A stretch of DNA of 64,000 nucleotides. It comes from an uncultured Acidimicrobiia bacterium. GTDB taxonomy: Bacteria > Actinomycetota > Acidimicrobiia > Acidimicrobiales > AC-14. Below, piece by piece: positions 8,185 to 18,986 of this stretch. Location: contig CAWIIV010000006.1 in the NCBI GenBank assembly GCA_963836205.1, positions 96,001 to 160,000 of the forward strand. The letters run 5' to 3'. The notes under the pieces were generated by a model. The model did not search any database. It was given only the letters and a program-made list of their open reading frames with translations, and had not been told where the DNA came from. Positions within the stretch are counted from its first letter, which is position 1. Each line of letters opens with the position of its first letter. The position numbers and the translations under genes are program-made.

Positions 8185-11116
8185 ATGGCTGAGGGAGCGC
8201 GGATCGTCGGCCGGCGGGCGGAACTGGAGACGCTCGGCCACGCCCTGGCCGCCCTCGACGAGGGGTCTGCGGCCATGCTCTACGTGGTCGGGGAGCCGGG
8301 CATCGGCAAGACCCGGCTGCTGGCCGAGCTCCACGCCCAGGCCCAGGCCCGCCGCCATCTCGTCCTCGTGGGGCGGGCGGCCGAGTTCGAGCGCGACCTG
8401 CCGTTCGGCCTGTTCGTGGCCGCCCTCGACGACTACCTGGCGTCGCTCACCGACGGCGGCGGGCCGGTATTGCCCGCCGAGCTGGGCGGGATCTTCCCAT
8501 CGCTGGGACACCTGGCCCAGGGCGCGGACACCGGCCTCCAGGAGGAGCGGTACCGGGCCCACCGGGCGGTGCGGGCCCTCCTCGACGGCCTGAGCGAGCG
8601 CCGGCCGGTGGTCCTCGTCCTCGACGACGTCCACTGGGCCGACGCCGCCTCCACCGAGCTCCTCTGCCACCTGGTCGCCCACCGCCCGGCCGGTCCCGTC
8701 CTCCTCGCGGTGGCCATGCGTCCGGTGGGGACCTCGCAACGCCTCGTCTCCGCCCTCGAACAGGCGGCGCGGGACGGCTCCGCCCACCGGCTCGAGCTCG
8801 GTCCCCTGTCGCCCGACGACGCCCGCCGGCTCGTCGGCGGGAGCGCCCCGGCCGACCCCCGGCTCTACCAGGAGAGCGGCGGGAATCCCTTCTACCTGCA
8901 ACAACTGGCGCGGGCCGGGCGGCCGGGCGGACGCGACCGGCGCCTACGACCTGGGCGAGCTGGGTGACCAGGGGGTGCCGCCGGCGGTGCGGGCCGCCCT
9001 GGAGGGCGAGTTGGACGCGCTGTCGGCGCCGGCCCGGGTGTTGCTGGCGGGGGCGGCGGTGTCGGGCGAGTCGTTCGAGCCGGAGCTGGCGGCGGCGGCC
9101 GCGGGGATGGACGGGGCCCAGGCCCTCGACCTCCTCGACGAGCTGGTGCGGCTCGACGTGGTGCGCCCGACGGCGGTCCCCCGCCACTTCCGGTTCCGCC
9201 ACCCGATCGTGCGCCACGGCGTGTACGAGTCGGCCGGCCCGGGGTGGCGGCTCACGGCCCACGCCCGCCTGGCCGAGGTCCTCGAGCGGCAGGGGGCGTC
9301 GCCCCAGGTGCGGGCCCTTCACGTCGAGCGCTCGGCCCGGGCCGGCGACGCCGGCGCCCTCGCCCTGCTGGAGGAGGCGGGCGCGGCCGCCGCCCCCCGG
9401 GCCCCCGCCACCGCCGCCCGCTGGTACCAGGCCGCCGTCCGCCTCCTTCCCCACGACCAGGTCGAGCGCCGCCTGGGCCTGCTGGTCGCCACCGCCACCA
9501 GCCTGGTGTCGGCCGGGCTGTTGGCCGACGCCCGGGCCACCCTGCTCGACGCGATCGACCTGCTCCCGCCGGCGATGGCCGCGGTGCGGGTGCGCCTCAT
9601 CGCGTCCTGCGCCGCCCTCGAACACCTGCTCGGCCGCCACCGCGACGCCCACGGCCGGCTCACCGCCGCCCTCGGAGGCCTGGCCGACCAGGGCTCTCCC
9701 GAGGCGGCCGCCCTGAAGCTCGAGCTGGCCGTCGACGCCATCTACACCTTCGACTTCCCAGCCATGCGTGCGTGGGCAGCGACCGCGGCCGCCGACGCGG
9801 CCGCCATCGGGGCCGCGCCCCTGGAGGCGGCGGCCCTCGCCCTGCTCGGCTTCGCCGAGTACATCCCGGGTGCCACCGCGGTGGCAGGCGGCCATCTCGA
9901 CCGGGCCGCCGCGATCGTCGATCACCTGGCCGACGCCGACCTTGCCCACCAGCTCGACGCCACCTACTACCTGTGCTGGGCCGAGAACTTCATGGAGCGC
10001 TTCGAGCGCTCGCTGCGCCACACCGAGCGGGGCATCGCCCTGTCGCAGGCGTCGGGCCAGGGCCACCTGCTCGTCCCCCTCATGCTCGGCCGGGTGTACG
10101 CCCTGGTGGCCCGGGGCCGGTGCGCGGAGGCGTGCGAGCTGGCCGAGGTGGCGGAGGACGCGGCCCGGCTGGCCGCCAATCCCCAGTCCCTGTCGTGGGC
10201 CCTGTGGGTACGGGCCCTGGCCGCCACCGCCGCCGGCGACCACGCATCGGCGTTGCGTTCGGGCGAGGAGTGCATGGAGGTCGGCCGCACCGTCGACGAC
10301 AACGTGATCTCCGCCACCGGCGGTTGGGTGTTCGGCGCCACCCTGCTGGCGGCGGGCGAGCCCGAACGGTGCCGGGCCGAGGTGCTGAAGGCCGGCGGCG
10401 GTCCCGACCTCGACCGGGTCGGTTCCGGCGTGCGCTGCACGTGCTACGAGCTGCTGACCCGGGCCGAGCTGGCCCTCGGCCGGCGGGTGGAGGCGGCCGG
10501 GTGGGCGGCGCGGGCGGCGTCGGCGGCGGCCGGGTTGACCCTCGACGTGGCCCAGGCGGCGGCGAACCGGGCCCAGGCGCTGGTGCTGGTGGAGGCGGGC
10601 GAGCACGCCCGGGCCGCGGAACTGGCCCTGGCCGCAGCCGCGGCCTGCGAGCGGGCGTCCGCCCCCATCGAGGCGGCCCGGTCGCGGGTGCTGGCGGGGC
10701 GGGCGCTGGCCCTGGCCGGCGACCGGGAGCAGGCGGTGCCCGAACTGGAGCGAGCGGAGCGGGAGCTGGCCGCGTGCGGGGCCCCGTCCTACCGGGCCGA
10801 GGCCGTCCGCGAGCTGGAACGGCTGGGGAAGCGGGTCCGGGTTGACGGCGGCGGAGGCGGTGGTGGCTCGAGCGGCGGCGGTGGTCCGGGTTCGTCCGGC
10901 GCGTCGGCATTGGTCTCCCTGACCGCCCGGGAGCGGGAGGTGGCCGATCTGGTCGCGGCCGGCAACACCAACCGGGAGATCGCCAGTGCCCTCTACCTGA
11001 GCGAGAAGACGGTCGAGAGCCACCTCTCGCACATCTTCACCAAGCTCGGCGTTTCGTCCCGGGCCCGCCTCACGACCCTGCTCGCCCGCCACCCTCAGGG
11101 TCCGGGATCAGGGTAG
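8185..11116 (+). CDS. LAL-family regulator (AAA ATPase + LuxR HTH), frameshift near 8940
   Basis: GEPGIGKT, LDDVHWAD, SGGNPFYL, FRHPIVR, LTAREREVA...TVESHLSHIFTKLG; two consecutive ORFs. Confidence 0.9.
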
Positions 11117-11119
11117 GGG

Positions 11120-11164
11120 AACCGAGTTTCCCCCGATGGCGCCGGGGGCCCTCCGCTTCAGAGT
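11120..11164 (+). promoter_or_regulatory. Second copy of putative LAL operator plus -10 element
   Basis: AACCGAGTTTCCCCCGAT-N21-CAGAGT-GTGGTC. Confidence 0.5.
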
Positions 11165-11215
11165 GTGGTCATCGGGATCTACGAACGATCCCCACTCGTC
11201 CGGGAGGGACTCCAA

Positions 11216-11689
11216 ATGCACGCTTCGATCCGCCGCTTCGCCTCCGCCCTCGTCGCCGCCGCCGGCCTCGCCGTCGGCATCGGCGCCTCGTCCGCCTCGG
11301 CCGTCCCGTTCGTATCGGCGACCCTCGGCATCACCGCCATCGCCGACAACGACTACATCATCTCCGTGAACGGCCATGTGGAGATGAGCCAGGCCGACGC
11401 CCAGGCGGCATGTAGCCACCCCGGCGACCCGGTCGACGTGGAGCTCTACGGCGACGACTTTGGCTTCGACGACCTGCTGATCTCGACGTCCGAGTTCGCC
11501 GCGGCCACCATGACCTGCACGACGTCGGCGTCCGGAATGGACTACCGAGTCTCGCTCACTCGTGACGGTGACGTCCTGAACGAGGATCGACCCGGCGAGG
11601 ACGAGCTCCGCGCCTTGGTCACCTTCCTCGACATCCGCACCGGCACGACGACCGTCGCCTACTCCCCCCTGCAGCTCCGCCGCATCTAG
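11216..11689 (+). CDS. Secreted hypothetical protein
   Basis: Signal peptide MHASIRRFASALVAAAGLAVGIGASSASA; GGAGGG RBS. Confidence 0.8.
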   Translation: MHASIRRFASALVAAAGLAVGIGASSASAVPFVSATLGITAIADNDYIISVNGHVEMSQADAQAACSHPGDPVDVELYGDDFGFDDLLISTSEFAAATMTCTTSASGMDYRVSLTRDGDVLNEDRPGEDELRALVTFLDIRTGTTTVAYSPLQLRRI

Positions 11690-11747
11690 TTCCGATCGCC
11701 CCCGAAACTGGCCCCCTCAACGGCGAGGGGGCCTGTTTCGCGTCCCG

Positions 11748-12203
11748 CTACCCGGCAAGCACGCCGTTGACCAGCGCATTCCAGGTGATCGGGCCGACGA
11801 TGCCGTCGACCACCAGGTCCGCCGCCTCCTGGAAGCCGCGCACGGCCGCATCCGTCTTCGGCCCGAAGATCCCGTCGACCTTGAGGCCCTTCGACGGGTC
11901 GCCCGACAGGTTCCGGGCCTGGAACTGGCTCTGGACGGCGCGCACCGCCTCACCGTTGCTCCCGACCTCGACATCGACGATCAGCGCGGCCCAGGTCTTG
12001 TCCCCGACGACGCCGTCGACCTTCAGGCCGCGCTTGCCCTGGAAGGCCTTCACCGCCGCGGTCGTGGCCGGACCGAAGACCCCGTCGACCTTCACCGTGT
12101 CCCCGTGGTGGCGGAGGAGGTACTCGACGGTCTTGATGGGCTCCTTGCTCAACGGTCCGGGCGACGGTTGCCCTTCCCGTTCGATGGGCCACTGCAATGC
12201 CAT
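11748..12203 (-). CDS. Peptidoglycan-binding domain protein (two PG_binding_1 repeats)
   Basis: VDGVFGPATTAAVKAFQ..GLKVDGVVGDKTW and VDGIFGPKTDAAVRGFQ..VDGIVGPITW; GGAG RBS. Confidence 0.88.
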   Translation of the reverse strand: MALQWPIEREGQPSPGPLSKEPIKTVEYLLRHHGDTVKVDGVFGPATTAAVKAFQGKRGLKVDGVVGDKTWAALIVDVEVGSNGEAVRAVQSQFQARNLSGDPSKGLKVDGIFGPKTDAAVRGFQEAADLVVDGIVGPITWNALVNGVLAG

Positions 12204-12394
12204 GGCGACTCCTCCCGCGGGGGTGCGATCTGCGTCCATCGTCGCGCGACGGGTTCGGTTGATCGGGTCAGGGGCCGACGGTTTGCGATCGTTCATCGGT
12301 AGGGACGTGATGCAGGCTCGCACGGCCGGTTTCACGGCCCCATCGACGCACGAAACGCGGGCTCCGGCGTGCGGCTGGCAGGCAGAATTCGCCT

Positions 12395-12715
12395 GTGGAA
12401 CAGTCCGTGACATCCATCGAAGCCGACGACGTCGGCCTCCGGGGGGTCGGGTCCAACGGCCGCCCGTGGCAGATCGGCTGGAGCGACCTCGTGGCGGTCG
12501 ACATCCGGACCACCTCGCGGGGACCATTCGAGGACGACGTCTTCTACGTGCTCACCGATCGAGCGGGCCTGGTCGTGATCATCCCGCAGGACCTCACATC
12601 GACGAGTGTGCTCGGCCGGCTACAACAACTCCCGGGATTCGACAACGAGACCTTCATCGCCGCCATGGGCTGCACCGACGACTCGACCTTCGTCTGCTGG
12701 CGCGCGGGGACCTGA
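12395..12715 (+). CDS. Hypothetical protein
   Basis: Protein-like sequence (GPFEDDVFY, LQQLPGFD, AMGCT) in otherwise free space. Confidence 0.65.
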   Translation: MEQSVTSIEADDVGLRGVGSNGRPWQIGWSDLVAVDIRTTSRGPFEDDVFYVLTDRAGLVVIIPQDLTSTSVLGRLQQLPGFDNETFIAAMGCTDDSTFVCWRAGT

Positions 12716-13725
12716 CTGGGGCGGGCGCAGCCGGCGGCCACAGCGTAAAGCGGTGCCACCGAGGTCGTGCGTCGATTCGGCGGGAGCGTGATGACTGCGA
12801 AGTGGACCGGACAGGCTCACTGAGCAAGCCGATGCCGGTTGTCGTCGAAGAGCTGCCGACCCGCCTCGGTTAGAACCCGATAGTCGCCATCCTTCCGCAG
12901 ACTCGCCGTGCCTTGGTAGAAGCCCGCCACACCTCGCGGGTCGTAGCCCTCCTGGACAGCGAGATCACGCGCCACGCTGTAGTGGTGCCGCCCGTCCGGC
13001 GCCTCGTAGAAGTGCTTCAGGTACCGAAGAAGCCGGACCATGCGCCAACCCGGCTCCCTGGCCTCCTCAGGCGTGATCGGCTCGATCGCATCGCCGATCA
13101 AGTCCGCAAGGTCGTCGGAGCGCAGCCGTTGACCGGGGTCGGCCCTTCGGCCAGCACCGAACCTCACCCCCTCCGCCTCCAGAACGAGGTGAATGTCTCG
13201 TCCATCGTTCGGGTCACTCCATCGAAACGCGTCGGCCACACGACCCTCCGACGTGAGAACCCGATGAGCATTGAGCAGGTCCGCCGTCCTCGCCAAGTGC
13301 TGGCCGACTGGGACCTGGTGAGAGCCGATCAGCTCAGCCAGATCGCCGTAGGTGGTCCAGGACCCCGTCGGTAGAGCTGCGAGTGCAGCGTGGAGGCGCC
13401 TCCAGTCCCGACCCTCCTCGGGTTCCTCGACGTCTGCCAACGGGGCGGGCCAGATTGCGATCGCGCGATCCGCCAGCTCATCCGCTCGGGCGAGAATGTC
13501 GGCGCGCCCCCACGTTTCCGCAGGCACGATGGCCCGATTCAGCTCGAGGTGGCTCCCATGGAGGATCTCCTGCTTCCGTTCGAACGGCCGGTTGGACAGC
13601 TGCCCGTTGTACGCCGTCACTGTGAGATTCCCAAGCGTGTGCAAGAGCTCAGAGTGCACCGCTGCTGGGTCCTGACCCTCCGCCGCGATCGCTTCTCTCC
13701 ATTCGTCAGTTAGCGACTGGGGCAT

Positions 13726-15664
13726 GGTGCGTCCTCGAAGCTGGACCAGACCAGCGGGTGTGAGTCCCGCCCGGGTAATCGCCGGAGAGCCCGGTAGCAG
13801 GCCCCGGTTCGTCGCCGAGAGGCGGCGGGCTGAGCGGGGCGTCAAGAGCCTCTTCGGAGGGAGCAAGCGTGCGGGCCGTAGCGCCACCAGGCGTGAGTCC
13901 TGCAGCCTCGTCAGATGTACAACGGGGGAGCCGAGCCGCTCATGTCACGGCCAAGGCCCACGTCCGACCGACTGGCGTTCCGGAATGCCCCTGGTCGGGT
14001 CCCCCCGGGGTATGGGGAGCGGCACGTACGCAAGGTCAGGTTCGGAAGGGGAGAGACCCGTCTGCGCAGCCTCGTCAGCAAAGACCGCTCGTATAAGCCA
14101 GTGGTGAAATCGAGCGGAGCGCAGCGGGAGTCCGACGGGGTCGTAGTACCGCCAGCCGGCGGGAAGGGCCCCGACTTTGGTCACGCCGACGATGGGGGTA
14201 AGCACAAGGGCATGGCCGGGACCGCCCGGTCCAAATCCCCCGCCGGGCAGACGCCCGTCGACAACGTGCGAAAACTCCAGAACCGGCTATGGGCTGCGGC
14301 CAAGCAGTCTCCGGGTCGCCGCTTCCACGCCCTGTACGACCGCATCCACCGGAGTGACGTCCTGTGGGAGGCGTGGAGGCGGGTCCGAGCCAATCGTGGC
14401 GCCGCCGGGGTCGATCGTCTGACCCTGGAGGCGGTGGAGGACTACGGGGTCGGGCGCATGCTCGACGAGCTTTCCCGTGACCTCCGTGCAGGCAACTACC
14501 GCCCGGCACCTGTGCGCCGGGTGGAGATCCCCAAGCCCGACGGCCGGATGCGGCCCCTGGGCATCCCCACCGTGCGCGACCGGGTGTGCCAGGCGGCAGC
14601 CAAGATCGTCCTCGAGCCCATCTTCGAGGCCGACTTCCTGCCGACCAGCTTCGGTTTCCGACCGAAGCGCTCGGCCACCGACGCCCTGGAAGCCATCCGG
14701 GTGGCGTTCCCCCGAGGACGGCAGTTCGTCTTCGAGGCCGACATCCGCGACTTCTTCGGCCAGATCGACCACGACCGCCTCCTGGTCGAGGTCGAACGGC
14801 GCGTCTCGGACCGGCGGGTGCTCAAGCTCATCCGCCAGTGGCTGCGTGCAGGGGTGCTGGTCGAGGGGGTGCGCTCCGAGACGGTCACGGGCACGCCCCA
14901 GGGCGGGGTCATCTCCCCGCTGCTGGCCAACGTCTACCTGCACGCCTTCGACCGGTCCTGGGCCGAGTCCGGCACCGGCGAGCTCGTCCGCTACGCGGAC
15001 GACTTCGTGGTGTTGTGCACGACCCGGGAACAAGCCGATGAAGCTCAATTGCGGGCAGCCGCCATGTTGGGCGACCTCGGTCTGAGCCTGCACCCGGACA
15101 AGACCCGCGTGGTCGATCTTCGGGAGGGCAAGGAGGGCTTCGACTTCCTGGGCTGTCACCTTCACGCCCGCATGTCGGGTCGCCTGTGGGAGCAGCGGCG
15201 CATCGTCCGCTACTACCTGCACCGGTGGCCGTCACAGCGGTCCATGAAGCGGGCACGACTGCGAATCAAGGCCCTCACCGGTCGGAGCCGGCTCGGTTTG
15301 GAGTTGGAGGACGTGATCGACGACCTCAACCTGTTCCTTCGGGGATGGGGCAACTACTTCCGCACCGGGAACGCGGCCGACAAGTTCGTCTCCCTCGACC
15401 GGCACGTCGTGTGGCGGCTCAAGCGCCTCTTGATCAAGAAGCGGGGCCGCAACCTGCGAGCCGGCCAGGCCGAGCGTTGGACGCACGCCTGGTTCCACGA
15501 CCAGGGCCTGCACCAGCTCATGGGCACCATCCGTTACCCGAAGGCTGCGTAACCATGTCCAGAAGACCATCGGTGAGCCGTGTGCGGGAAAACCGCACGC
15601 ACGGAATCGAAAGGGGGAGGGGGAAACGTGCTCGTCAGCGAGCGGCGCGCCCCTGACAACCAAT
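13726..15664 (+). mobile_element. Group II intron (RT/maturase without endonuclease), antisense to host gene
   Basis: (G)GTGCG 5' end; domain V GAGCCGTGTGCGGGAAAACCGCACGCACGG near 15575-15604; ends AAT; removal restores host codons GTC ATG. Confidence 0.93.
14212..15552 (+). CDS. ltrA: Group II intron reverse transcriptase/maturase
   Basis: RPLGIPTVRDR, GTPQGGVISPLLAN, RYADD, GFDFLG, LRGWGNYF. Confidence 0.95.
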   Translation: MAGTARSKSPAGQTPVDNVRKLQNRLWAAAKQSPGRRFHALYDRIHRSDVLWEAWRRVRANRGAAGVDRLTLEAVEDYGVGRMLDELSRDLRAGNYRPAPVRRVEIPKPDGRMRPLGIPTVRDRVCQAAAKIVLEPIFEADFLPTSFGFRPKRSATDALEAIRVAFPRGRQFVFEADIRDFFGQIDHDRLLVEVERRVSDRRVLKLIRQWLRAGVLVEGVRSETVTGTPQGGVISPLLANVYLHAFDRSWAESGTGELVRYADDFVVLCTTREQADEAQLRAAAMLGDLGLSLHPDKTRVVDLREGKEGFDFLGCHLHARMSGRLWEQRRIVRYYLHRWPSQRSMKRARLRIKALTGRSRLGLELEDVIDDLNLFLRGWGNYFRTGNAADKFVSLDRHVVWRLKRLLIKKRGRNLRAGQAERWTHAWFHDQGLHQLMGTIRYPKAA

Positions 15665-16292
15665 GACGTGCTCAATCGAGAGCTTGGACGCTGACCAATC
15701 CACGGGCTCGGCGTGCTTGTAGCTGTCCTCCAGCCGTTGAAAGACCAGCATCTTCTGGTTCTGCCGACCCTGGTAATAGAACGGCTGGCTGCGAATCGCG
15801 ACACGGAGACGACGATCTGACGGCCAATACTTGCGCGGCCCTGACAAGGCGTGCCTGACGGCCTCGACGATCGGCATCTTCACTGGCAGCTGCGACACCA
15901 GTGAACTGAATACGCGGTTGAGGTTGTTGGTCGGGACACTCGCGATCATTCGTCGAACAAGGAAGCTCTCGACGTACGAGAGGGCTTCGAGCACTTCGAC
16001 GGGGGTGCACTCGCCGGCCTCGCGAAGGAGGTAGAGATGAAGCAGCAGCGGGTACGTCGTTGACGCTCCCCAGGCATCGAGCCGGGTGAGCGCCCCTCTG
16101 ACCTCCGGATCCTCCTCGTATTCGGGCTGGACGATCCGGCGGAACAGGGCTGCTCGTCGAACAAGCTCTCGTACTTCCGCTTCGACGCCAGTCTCGTCGC
16201 CTTCGAGGCCTCGCAGCCGATCTTGTTGAGCTCTGTAGATGTCAGGCCGTTTGATCGTGTTCCGACCTCGGACGACGAGATCGACGAAAACC

Positions 16293-17596
16293 GGCTCTCC
16301 TGACCACGATGTGGATCAGGACGCCTCTTTCCAGACCACCCGCTCGTGCGGCAGCTTGATGTCGATGGGCCCGGCAGCGAGCATGACGAGGGCCAGGGCC
16401 GCGTCGGCGGAATGGAACCCGTACGCCCTGCGGATGATGAGGCGGACCTTGGTGTTGAAGCCCTCCACCCGGCCGTTGGAGATCCCGTGCTCGACGGCGT
16501 TGAGGATCATCTCCCGACGCTGGCGCATGGTCTTGGCCACCTTGACGAACGGCGCCAGCCGCGATCTCTGGGCTCGGGCGCACCACCGGTCGAGAAGCTC
16601 GCCCGCCTCGTCGCGGGTGAGGTCGCCGGCCAGGATGGCCCGGAACTGCTCCTTCATCTCATAGGCCCGCCACATCCCGCCCCGGTTGCGTCGGATGCGC
16701 TTGAGCTGGGCGGCCTGGGTGCTGGTCAGGTCCTCGGGGTTCTTCAGCAGGGCCCACCGGGCTCCCTTGAAGTCCTTGGCCCAGCGGTCGTCGGGAAGCC
16801 GGCGCAGCTGGTTCCACAGGTCCCGGCGGACCTCGTCGAGAGCGTCGCCCACCAGGCACACGAGGTGGAACGGATCGGCGCACACGATGGCCTGGGGAGC
16901 GTGTCCCTCGGCCTTGACGCTCTTGAGGTAGGCCGGGCCCAGATCCATGGAAATGGCGCTGAGCTGGGACGATCGCTGAAAATGAGTGTGTAGGAGATGG
17001 TAAGGAGGTAGGTGGTGTGGAGAGATGTGAGATGGAGGCGTCGAGGCGGAGCTAGTGTGCGGGCGCCGTCGCCAGAAGCAGGAGAGACCGCCGTGCGGTC
17101 CATCCTCGTCGCCAGCCACGCCAGCAGGTCGTCGAGGTCCCGGGTGAGGTTCGCCCCCGGCCGGGCGAAGGGGACGGCCTCCACCACCACGCCGTGGTCG
17201 GGGCAACGAAGACGGCGCAGGCTGGCCCGGACCTCCAGCCGCCAGGTGCCCAGGTCGAGGTGGCGCCACCACGACGGCGCCGGCCGGGTGTCGTAGCGGA
17301 ACCGGGTCTTGAACCCGCAATGGGGGCAGACCAGCCGCCGCCGGCGCAGGGCCACGGTGACGATCACGATCGTGGTCAGGAACTCCACGGCGACGACGTT
17401 GACGTCGTCGAGCCGAAGGAGGCGCTTGAATGCGGTGGTGACGCGCACGGGTTGAGGACCTCCCGGTTCAGGGGTGTGAGAAGTCCGTGAACCTTGGCCC
17501 GGCCCGTGCGCGTCACGCGGATACCGGAAGACCTGCTCAGCCAGCCACTACACGCCTGCCGGCTCCGATCCCATCCACACTTGGGTCAGGAGAGCC
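16293..17596 (-). mobile_element. ISL3-family insertion sequence
   Basis: TIRs GGCTCTCCTGACC...GTGGAT at both ends; 8-bp TSD CGAAAACC at 16285-16292 and 17597-17604. Confidence 0.93.
16316..17448 (-). pseudogene. ISL3 transposase, internally disrupted
   Basis: CPHC zinc finger, WRHLD, RRLRCPDHG; SMDLGPAY, DPFHLV, SNGRVEGFNTK, RRAYGF; central part replaced by low-complexity sequence. Confidence 0.85.
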
Positions 17597-18590
17597 CGAA
17601 AACCAAGGTCTCGAGTTGAGCGGGAGTGAGTTGCTCCTGCATCGGTCGCCAGAGCTGCTCGTAGACGACCTCCGATCGCGTTGGCAGGAGCATGAAGACG
17701 AAGTTACGAAGCAGGTCAGCCTGCGTGAGGCGGACGCCGCGATCGTTCAGTGACTCGAAGATACGATGGACGTTGTCGTTCGCATCGGCTGTGATCGCTA
17801 CGAAATGAAGTCTCTGGCGCACCACTGCTTCGATACGTTCAGGGTCGAGCGGCTCGTTGTCAGGGCCCACCTGTGTCAGACGGGAACGGAAGAACGAATA
17901 GGCGCTGCCTATTCCGCCGCGCGCTTCGCTTGGTCGGCTCGGTCGACGCACGCGAAGAACGCCTGACGGTCGACCTGCGTAGGAAGCAGACGGTAGAACG
18001 ACGACCCCTTCCCGTACTTGTTGATGAGGTACCGCTCGTTGAAGCGCTCTACTGCCCCCGGATCGTTCGCCGCCACGTGATCGCGCAAAGCGCACAGGGC
18101 CACGAGGAGTGTCGTGAGGCGCTGTTGGCCATCGATTACGAGAAACGGGGTGACACCGTGAGCCTGAATAAGAGGTGACGGGGCGAGAACAAGACTCCCG
18201 AGAAAGTGCGTCGGCGCCCGGCTATCGAGCTTGCCGAATTCATCCGGGGTGAGGACGTCGTACTGTTCAAGTACGTCCTCCCAGAGCTGGCTGAGCTGTG
18301 GCGAGCCCCAGGCGTATTGCCGCTGATACAGGGGAACCTGAAATTGCTTCTCGCCTTCTATGAGCTCCTTGAGAGTGCTCTCTCCGACCTGCATGCCCCC
18401 TACCAGCCCCACCGGGCGGGGAGGACACGGGTTGCGGCCCCCCGGATCGTGACCATCGGGAACTCACGCACCGTAACGCCCCGCCCGGCCCCGAGGTTCA
18501 TCGTCCTGTACCGCTGGACGAACAACCGGCGGCGACAGGGGCATGTCGATCTCGACTCGGGCCTGCGCTTCGGGCCGATGTAGCGCTGGG

Positions 18591-18986
18591 TCAGGCATCG
18601 AGTTCGCCGGGGTGCTCGACCCGCAGGTCGCCCATCGGGAAATCGTCGGTGTTGTGGGTCAGCAGGACCGCGCCGTGGGCCCGTGCGGTTCCGGCGACGA
18701 GCGCGTCGGGCGTTTGATGGTGCGGCCCCGCCTCGCCCAGTCGGCCTGGTACCGCCCGGCTCGATGGGCGGCTTCGCGGTCGGTGACCAGGAATCGGAGC
18801 CGGCCGAGCAAGGCCGTTGCCTGACGGCGCTCGGGCTCCCGGAGGCCGGCCTCCACCTCGGCCAGGTTGACGCACGTCGTGGCGAGCACATGACCGCCCG
18901 CAACAAGGCGAAGCATGGTCGGCCTTCACCTCCGGCCGTCCCCGCAGCCACTCGATGAGAACGGTGCTATCGAGTAGGAAGGTCAT
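18591..18986 (-). CDS. PIN-domain toxin (VapC-like), two compensating frameshifts
   Basis: FLLDSTVLI; NLAEVEAG in alternate frame; PDALVAGTA..LLTHNTDDF. Confidence 0.8.
   Translation of the reverse strand: MTFLLDSTVLIEWLRGRPEVKADHASPCCGRSCARHDVRQPGRGGGRPPGARAPSGNGLARPAPIPGHRPRSRPSSRAVPGRLGEAGPHHQTPDALVAGTARAHGAVLLTHNTDDFPMGDLRVEHPGELDA

Larger units (their letters stand above)
12817..18394 (-). pseudogene. GmrSD-type DUF262-DUF1524(HNH) nuclease fused to ATL/MGMT-like domain; interrupted by ISL3, group II intron and a frameshift near 17930
   Basis: VPLYQRQYAW, IDGQQRLTT, IFESLNDRG; SIEHV|MPQ, LGNLTVT..N..LSN; WTTYGDLA..NAHRV; segments rejoin in frame when both inserts are removed. Confidence 0.9.

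Noticed and set aside
13915-15552. Retron, DGR or defence-associated RT
   Set aside because: Flanked by group II intron domains including domain V, and has a maturase domain
18400-18590. Possible att site or small gene between the GmrSD gene and vapC
   Set aside because: No match to the tRNA 3' end and no convincing ORF
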